DNA of 64,000 nucleotides from Gammaproteobacteria bacterium (GTDB lineage Bacteria; Pseudomonadota; Gammaproteobacteria; Eutrophobiales; Eutrophobiaceae): NCBI GenBank assembly GCA_965222155.1, contig CBDCTH010000012.1, positions 2,112,001 to 2,176,000 of the forward strand, read 5' to 3'. Shown piece by piece: positions 58,519 to 64,000 of this stretch (position 1 is its first letter; each line of letters starts with the position of its first letter). The notes under the pieces were generated by a model. It saw only the letters and a program-made list of their open reading frames with translations, ran no database searches and was not told where the DNA came from. The position numbers and the translations under genes were made by a program.

Positions 58519-59460
58519 TTAATTACGGCACAATATCAAATCAACCTCTGACCGGGTTGGTATCGATGTAGCCGCCCCGGGACGTTCCACAGAGATCGAC
58601 GCCGCCGCAACAGCTAACCTGATCGCTTCGGCTAATGCAAGGCCCTGTGCCAGTCCCGCCGCCAAAGCCCCACAAAAACAATCACCTGCCCCGGTCGTAT
58701 CCACTACATCAGCCGGCCTGCTTGGGATTATATCGCTCTGTATATCATTTACTGCGACGACCCCATCAGCGCCCAGTGTTACTATTACGGTTTGTCCTTC
58801 ACGAGAAATTAATTGTCGCGCAGCCGTGATGACGATATCTTTTTCTTTCGATGTTTCAGGCAAACCTGCATAAGTTGCAAGTTCCGCCTCATTGAGTATG
58901 AGAATGTCGACAAGAGGAAACAGTACCGCGCCCTCCTTTTCAGCCGGTGCGGCATTCAGTATGGTAATCCCCTGCTGTGCCTTGTCGCTACTGAATAACG
59001 TCCTGATCGTTTCGACCGGACTCTCGAGCTGTGCAAGGAATACCCCGCGGTCTGTCAGTTCTCCAACCGGGATGTCAGCGGGACGTAATTCGGTATTTGC
59101 CCCGGTAACAATCACGATTGCATTCTCGCCGGTATCAGACACATTGATAAAGGCTTGACCGGTAAGGTGATTGGCATCGGTTTTTACCCTTGCTATATTC
59201 ACCCCGCTATCCTGTAAAAAGGTTCGCATCCTGTTGCCGGGACCATCAGCTCCTACTGCCCCTATCATTAACGTTTCAGCATCCATGCGTGCCGCTGCCA
59301 CTGCCTGATTTGCGCCTTTACCACCGGGGAACTGTGCAAGACTGCGCGCGACAACGGTTTCCCCCGGGCGCGGCAGGTTTTCGACAGATGCAACAGTATC
59401 GAGGTTAATTGAACCTAATACACAGATATTCTTTAGGTCACGGCCCTGTTCAGGTCTCAT
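58519..59460 (-). CDS. rbsK: Ribokinase
   Basis: [35 protein letters not shown]. Confidence 0.93.
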   Translation of the reverse strand: MRPEQGRDLKNICVLGSINLDTVASVENLPRPGETVVARSLAQFPGGKGANQAVAAARMDAETLMIGAVGADGPGNRMRTFLQDSGVNIARVKTDANHLTGQAFINVSDTGENAIVIVTGANTELRPADIPVGELTDRGVFLAQLESPVETIRTLFSSDKAQQGITILNAAPAEKEGAVLFPLVDILILNEAELATYAGLPETSKEKDIVITAARQLISREGQTVIVTLGADGVVAVNDIQSDIIPSRPADVVDTTGAGDCFCGALAAGLAQGLALAEAIRLAVAAASISVERPGAATSIPTRSEVDLILCRN

Positions 59461-59692
59461 TACTCTCGTCTTCTGCCAGTGGCAACCTTACGTTTCTGGC
59501 AGGTACTATCGTCGAGATTGCATGTTTATAAACCAACTGGCTCACCGAGTTTTTCAGCAATATCACGAACTGATCAAAAGATTCGACATGCCCTTGAAGT
59601 TTGATACCGTTGGCGAGATAAATCGATACGGGAATCCGTTCCTTACGCAAAGTGTTGAGGAATGGATCCTGGAGTGTATGCCCTTTACTCAT
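59450..59692 (-). CDS. hfq: RNA chaperone Hfq
   Basis: [35 protein letters not shown]. Confidence 0.98.
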   Translation of the reverse strand: MSKGHTLQDPFLNTLRKERIPVSIYLANGIKLQGHVESFDQFVILLKNSVSQLVYKHAISTIVPARNVRLPLAEDESNET

Positions 59693-59794
59693 AATAAAAC
59701 CTCACTACTATTCGTTCTGATTATTATTGTCTGCACCCCCTCTCCGGTTCATCCCTGTCGGCCGGACTGATTCACGGGAGTCGTTATAATTATA

Positions 59795-60739
59795 TTACAA
59801 ACTGGAAGAAAACGCGGGACTGTTGCGTAAAAACTCGATAACTACCTGTGCAATATCCGCTCGGGAACTATCGAACCAGGTGGTATTATCCTCCGTTCTC
59901 AACCAGGTGAGTTGGCGCTTTGCCAGTTGCCGCGTTGCTATTACGGCGCGTTCCTGCATTTCGGAATAACTGAGACAGTCTGCCAGGTAAGACCATACCT
60001 GCCGGTACCCGACCATCCGCATGGAAGTCAGACCTTCATGCATATTCTCTTGCTCGAAGAAACCGCGCACTTCATCTACCAGGCCGTTATCCAGCATCCT
60101 GATAAAACGCTGTCGAGAACGTTCACGGATAATACGCCTGTCGGACGGGGCGAGCGCCAGTTTGATAACCTTATGGGGTAACGCTCCCAGCCGACCTTCG
60201 GCGATAAAGACGGAAAGTGGTGTTTTTGTGATTTCATATACTTCCAGAGCCCGCTGGATTCGCTGCGAGTCGTTGGGATGCAGGCGCTCGGCAGAAACAG
60301 GGTCGACCCGGCTTAATTCTGCATGCAGAGCCGGGGAACCGCGTTCTCGCATAATCTGTGCCAGGCGTGTCCGAAGCGCCGGGTCAGTGGAAGGCAAATC
60401 GGAAAATCCCTGTTCGAGAGAACGAAAATACAATCCTGTGCCGCCGACCAATATGGGGATTCGATTATTTTCCCGGATTTCTTCAATAGCCGTCATGGCA
60501 TCACGCCGGAATCTGCCGGCAGAATAAGACTCGGTCGGATCACATATATCAATCAAACGGTGGGGGGCGATTTCCAGCACTTCCCGGGTTGGTTTTGCCG
60601 TTCCGATATCCATTCCCCGGTACACCATGGCTGAATCAACACTGACTATCTCCAAAGGCAGATGTTTTACGAGTTCAACCGCCAGGGAAGTCTTACCACT
60701 GGCCGTCGGTCCCATGAGAAAGATGACCTCATCAATCAT
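59795..60739 (-). CDS. miaA: tRNA dimethylallyltransferase
   Basis: GPTASGKT, SVDSAMVYRGMDIGTAKP, GGTGLY, TRQLAKRQLTW. Confidence 0.97.
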   Translation of the reverse strand: MIDEVIFLMGPTASGKTSLAVELVKHLPLEIVSVDSAMVYRGMDIGTAKPTREVLEIAPHRLIDICDPTESYSAGRFRRDAMTAIEEIRENNRIPILVGGTGLYFRSLEQGFSDLPSTDPALRTRLAQIMRERGSPALHAELSRVDPVSAERLHPNDSQRIQRALEVYEITKTPLSVFIAEGRLGALPHKVIKLALAPSDRRIIRERSRQRFIRMLDNGLVDEVRGFFEQENMHEGLTSMRMVGYRQVWSYLADCLSYSEMQERAVIATRQLAKRQLTWLRTEDNTTWFDSSRADIAQVVIEFLRNSPAFSSSL

Positions 60740-62456
60740 CGATCAACGCGCTGATCTCATCTATCGATATGGTTCGCCACATACCTTTGTAATGTCTCTG
60801 TGTAGTGTCAAGACCAGTCCTGTCCAGTTCATTCAGTAAACTCTGCATTTTGAATCCGGACGGCGTTTCCATGTTTGTTACCAGGCATTGCGTCATAACC
60901 GCCAATAACTTTTCTCCCGGGTTTGAATTTTCACCCGGGTGCTGCAACGCTTCCAATACGGCCGTTGCCAGAGTCTTGACGTCAACTTCTTCAAGCAAAG
61001 CAGGAATAGACTTGATGGAGACAACGTCAGTTGATGCAACCCTCAATGACAGGCCGAGCGTTTCCAGCAGATCTGCGTACTTCTCCACAAGTCCAACCTG
61101 CAAGGGACCTGTTTCAATGTGCACGGGAACCAGTAACGGCCGCCGGCGCACGGACTTATCCTGGTACTCCTGCCCTAATCGATAGCGCAGAACATATTCG
61201 CTTGCGGCCTGATAGTTCAATAATACGTATTCCTGATCTCTCTGCGCTATTACAAACCGGCCGGACAATGCTGCCAGGGGGACGCCAAGTTCGGCATGCT
61301 TATCAAGCAAGTCATCCTGTTCCTCCCTGGGAGCGATGTTTTTATAAAACAGACCGGCTTCTTTAACCTGAAGTTTGTGGCTACGAATATGATGTCCCGG
61401 GTACGCTTCCGACCTGTTTTCAGGCACATGGCCGATAACGTCTGAAGCAAGCGACTGCACGGTTTTCAAAGCATCCCGCAGGCTGATAAATATAAAATCA
61501 TGAACGCCCCGGTGGTCCTTGAAGCGGATTTCACTCTTGGTCGGATGGACATTGATGTCGGTAACTGACGGATCGATATCCAGGTTCAGCAGGTAGGTCG
61601 GATAGCGGCCAGTGGGTAGTGAATCATCGAAGCCGGAGCGAACTGCATGAAAGATTTTTTTATCCCGAACCACCCGGCCGTTGACAAAACAGAACTGGCG
61701 ATCAGACTGACTGCGGCTGAGACTGCTTCTTCCCAGCCAGCCCCACAATCTCATTCCTGAGGATTCATAATTCACCGGAATGGATTGGCTTGCAAATTGA
61801 TGACCGAACACGTCTGCCACTCTTTCAATCATATCGTCCTGGCAGGCGCGATAGCGCAACACCTGTTTATTGTTATGTGTCAGTGTAAAAGTGATATTGA
61901 ATCGACTGCAGGCCACGCGCTTGAATACTTCATTGATATGCAGAAATTCAGTTGTCCGGCTGCGCAGGAATTTGCGGCGCGCGGGTGTAGCCTGAAAAAT
62001 ATCGGCAGCTTCAACGGTGGTTCCCCGGGACCGTGGCGCCGGTTTGAGAATTGAATTGCCACTGACCGGGTCGAACGACAATGACCAGGCCGAATCGGAC
62101 TGGTCGGTTCTTGAGACAAGTAAAAATCTTGAAACAGCCGCAATGCTGGCCAGGGCCTCGCCGCGAAATCCCAGACTGTTGATACAGTCAAGGTCGGATT
62201 GAGTATTGAGTTTGCTGGTGCTGTGCCGCCGTAACGCCAGTTGAATGTCATCAGGATGGATACCGTGGCCGTCATCACTGACGGAGATCAGTCTATGCCC
62301 CCCCTCAGTTATCGCTACCGCCACATTATCGGCGCCGGCGTCAATACTGTTATCCAGTAATTCTTTGACAATGGCTGCCGGTCGTTCTATGACCTCTCCT
62401 GCCGCGATCTGGCTTGCCAGGGTTGCAGGCAACTCGGCAATCCTGGGTACTTTCAT
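60732..62456 (-). CDS. mutL: DNA mismatch repair protein MutL
   Basis: QIAAGEVIERP, HSTSK, LGFRGEALASI, DINVHPTK. Confidence 0.96.
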   Translation of the reverse strand: MKVPRIAELPATLASQIAAGEVIERPAAIVKELLDNSIDAGADNVAVAITEGGHRLISVSDDGHGIHPDDIQLALRRHSTSKLNTQSDLDCINSLGFRGEALASIAAVSRFLLVSRTDQSDSAWSLSFDPVSGNSILKPAPRSRGTTVEAADIFQATPARRKFLRSRTTEFLHINEVFKRVACSRFNITFTLTHNNKQVLRYRACQDDMIERVADVFGHQFASQSIPVNYESSGMRLWGWLGRSSLSRSQSDRQFCFVNGRVVRDKKIFHAVRSGFDDSLPTGRYPTYLLNLDIDPSVTDINVHPTKSEIRFKDHRGVHDFIFISLRDALKTVQSLASDVIGHVPENRSEAYPGHHIRSHKLQVKEAGLFYKNIAPREEQDDLLDKHAELGVPLAALSGRFVIAQRDQEYVLLNYQAASEYVLRYRLGQEYQDKSVRRRPLLVPVHIETGPLQVGLVEKYADLLETLGLSLRVASTDVVSIKSIPALLEEVDVKTLATAVLEALQHPGENSNPGEKLLAVMTQCLVTNMETPSGFKMQSLLNELDRTGLDTTQRHYKGMWRTISIDEISALIDD

Positions 62457-62465
62457 GATGAACTA

Positions 62466-63764
62466 TCAGCCGTCGCTCACTGCACCCGGGATGACTATTA
62501 CCTGGCCTGCTTTAATACTGTCATCGGCTAATCCGTTCAGCGCCCGCAGACTGTGCAGGCTGACGCGGTAATGCTTTGCAATCTCAATTAATGTATCGCC
62601 GCGTTCTATAATGTGCTGCCGGGATGCCAGTAATGTGCCATTCGGGGCATAAACCTCAAAATAACGCTTTATGCTGACGGCCAGTGCCCGAGCAAGTTCC
62701 TGCTGGTGAGCGGCACTCAGCAGTTTCTTTTCTTCCTGGGGATTGGAAATAAACGCGGTTTCGACCAGCAAAGAGGGGATATCCGGCGATTTCAAAACGG
62801 CAAAAGCCGCGGATTCCACACCGGGTTTATGCAGTTTTCCTACCTTTTTCAAACCCTCAAGAACTCTCTCGGCCGCATCGATACTGGCCTCCAGGCTTGC
62901 CGTCTGGGACAGGTCCAGCAGTACCGATGCCAACAGGCCGTCCTTGTCGTCGAGACTCACCCCACCGATCAGGTCGGAAGCATTTTCCCGCTCAGCCAGC
63001 CAGCGGGCATGCTCACTACTGGCGCCTCGTCTCGATAGGACGTATACGGATGAACCGTGTACTTTGGAATTGGTGAACGCGTCGGCATGTATGGAAATAA
63101 ACAGGTCGGCCTTGTGCTTACGCGCCAACTCGATGCGCCTGCGTAACGGCAGGTAATAATCACCATGCCTGGTCAATTCCGCCTGCATTCCGCGTTCCCT
63201 GTTGATGAAATGGGCCAATTTCTTTGCAATCTGCAAAACGACCGTCTTTTCATGAGTTCCCCACGGCCCTATCGCCCCCGGGTCTTCACCTCCGTGACCG
63301 GCATCGATGGCAACCACAACGTTACGATAACCGGATGTCGGCACTTCCTGTTTTATTGCCACCTGCTGTTCTTTTCCATCGGATATATCCACCACCAGTC
63401 TGTGACCATAGTGTTCGTTCGGCGCCAGCAGGAAACTCTTTGCCTGGGCGTGTTTTTTCAAATCCAGAACGATTCTCAGGAAGTCGCCGTGCTGCCCACT
63501 CCTGATTCCCCGTACATATTCATCGCGTGTGACCGGTTGCGGCAAGTTGGAGAACGGTTCGGTATTTTCCAGGTCTATAACGACTCGAAAAGGCTCCGAT
63601 AACAGTTTCAGGTCGTGCTTGACCGGGCTGGAAACATCGAATACGACGCGGGTGTTGTCAGGCGCGGCCCAGACCCGGATATTTTTCAGGCGGATGTCTT
63701 CCCCCGCACTGCAGGGCAGAGAAAAAATCAGGAGTAAACAATAACTTGAGATAAAACGCACCAT
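62466..63764 (-). CDS. N-acetylmuramoyl-L-alanine amidase (AMIN + Amidase_3 + LysM; AmiB/AmiC type)
   Basis: Signal peptide, IDAGHGGEDPGA, ISIHAD, LVETAFISN, C-terminal LysM. Confidence 0.95.
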   Translation of the reverse strand: MVRFISSYCLLLIFSLPCSAGEDIRLKNIRVWAAPDNTRVVFDVSSPVKHDLKLLSEPFRVVIDLENTEPFSNLPQPVTRDEYVRGIRSGQHGDFLRIVLDLKKHAQAKSFLLAPNEHYGHRLVVDISDGKEQQVAIKQEVPTSGYRNVVVAIDAGHGGEDPGAIGPWGTHEKTVVLQIAKKLAHFINRERGMQAELTRHGDYYLPLRRRIELARKHKADLFISIHADAFTNSKVHGSSVYVLSRRGASSEHARWLAERENASDLIGGVSLDDKDGLLASVLLDLSQTASLEASIDAAERVLEGLKKVGKLHKPGVESAAFAVLKSPDIPSLLVETAFISNPQEEKKLLSAAHQQELARALAVSIKRYFEVYAPNGTLLASRQHIIERGDTLIEIAKHYRVSLHSLRALNGLADDSIKAGQVIVIPGAVSDG

Positions 63765-63831
63765 TTGCCAAGCCCTTGCGCTTCAATACTGATGGTAATT
63801 ATCTCAATAATTTTTTAAAAAGTCAACCTAT

Positions 63832-64000
63832 CTAACTGTTTTTTTTAGCTTTAGAAATCTGTTTCAGGGGATTTGCGCTGATCAGTTGTTTCAAATATTG
63901 ATTACCTGATGCGCTATGTGCTTCACAATTCAGGTCGCGCCGGGTCCGGTTGATGCTGATATTGATGATTAAATCGGGGTCAGGCAGGCAGCCTTTGCCC
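63832..64000 (-). CDS. tsaE: C-terminus of tRNA threonylcarbamoyladenosine ATPase TsaE (partial)
   Basis: GKGCLPDPDLIINI...R..G pattern; canonical position upstream of amidase-mutL-miaA-hfq. Confidence 0.75.
   Translation of the reverse strand, partial: GKGCLPDPDLIINISINRTRRDLNCEAHSASGNQYLKQLISANPLKQISKAKKNS

Overview
Gammaproteobacterial chromosomal segment, inferred from the gene orders gmk-rpoZ-spoT-recG and tsaE-ami-mutL-miaA-hfq. Housekeeping content: purine catabolism (adenine deaminase, uraH, xdhABC, puuD), birA-coaX, sulfur genes (sseA, cysH, cysB, TauE), ETF-QO, a six-gene TtpC/TonB system, dapE, aceA, clpSA, rmuC and a split ribose ABC/rbsK locus. Three accessory patterns are superimposed. 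(1) Several families of miniature palindromic elements. The clearest is a 241-bp MITE in two copies with strongly covarying stems: one interrupts a HigB-like toxin gene, the other sits in the 5' end of recG and appears to supply its start codon. Related repeats encode the last codons of several other genes. (2) A ~5.7-kb mosaic island between aceA and clpS, bracketed by direct copies of another composite element, holding RTX, Fic, PIN, ParE and RHS fragments beside intact antitoxin/regulator genes. (3) Widespread erosion: a plcP-agt deletion fusion, an internally shortened cyclase-ATPase next to a Crp regulator, and TorF, SPOR and IS630 remnants. No rRNA, complete tRNA or CRISPR array was seen. 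All calls come from reading motifs by eye; no database searches were run.
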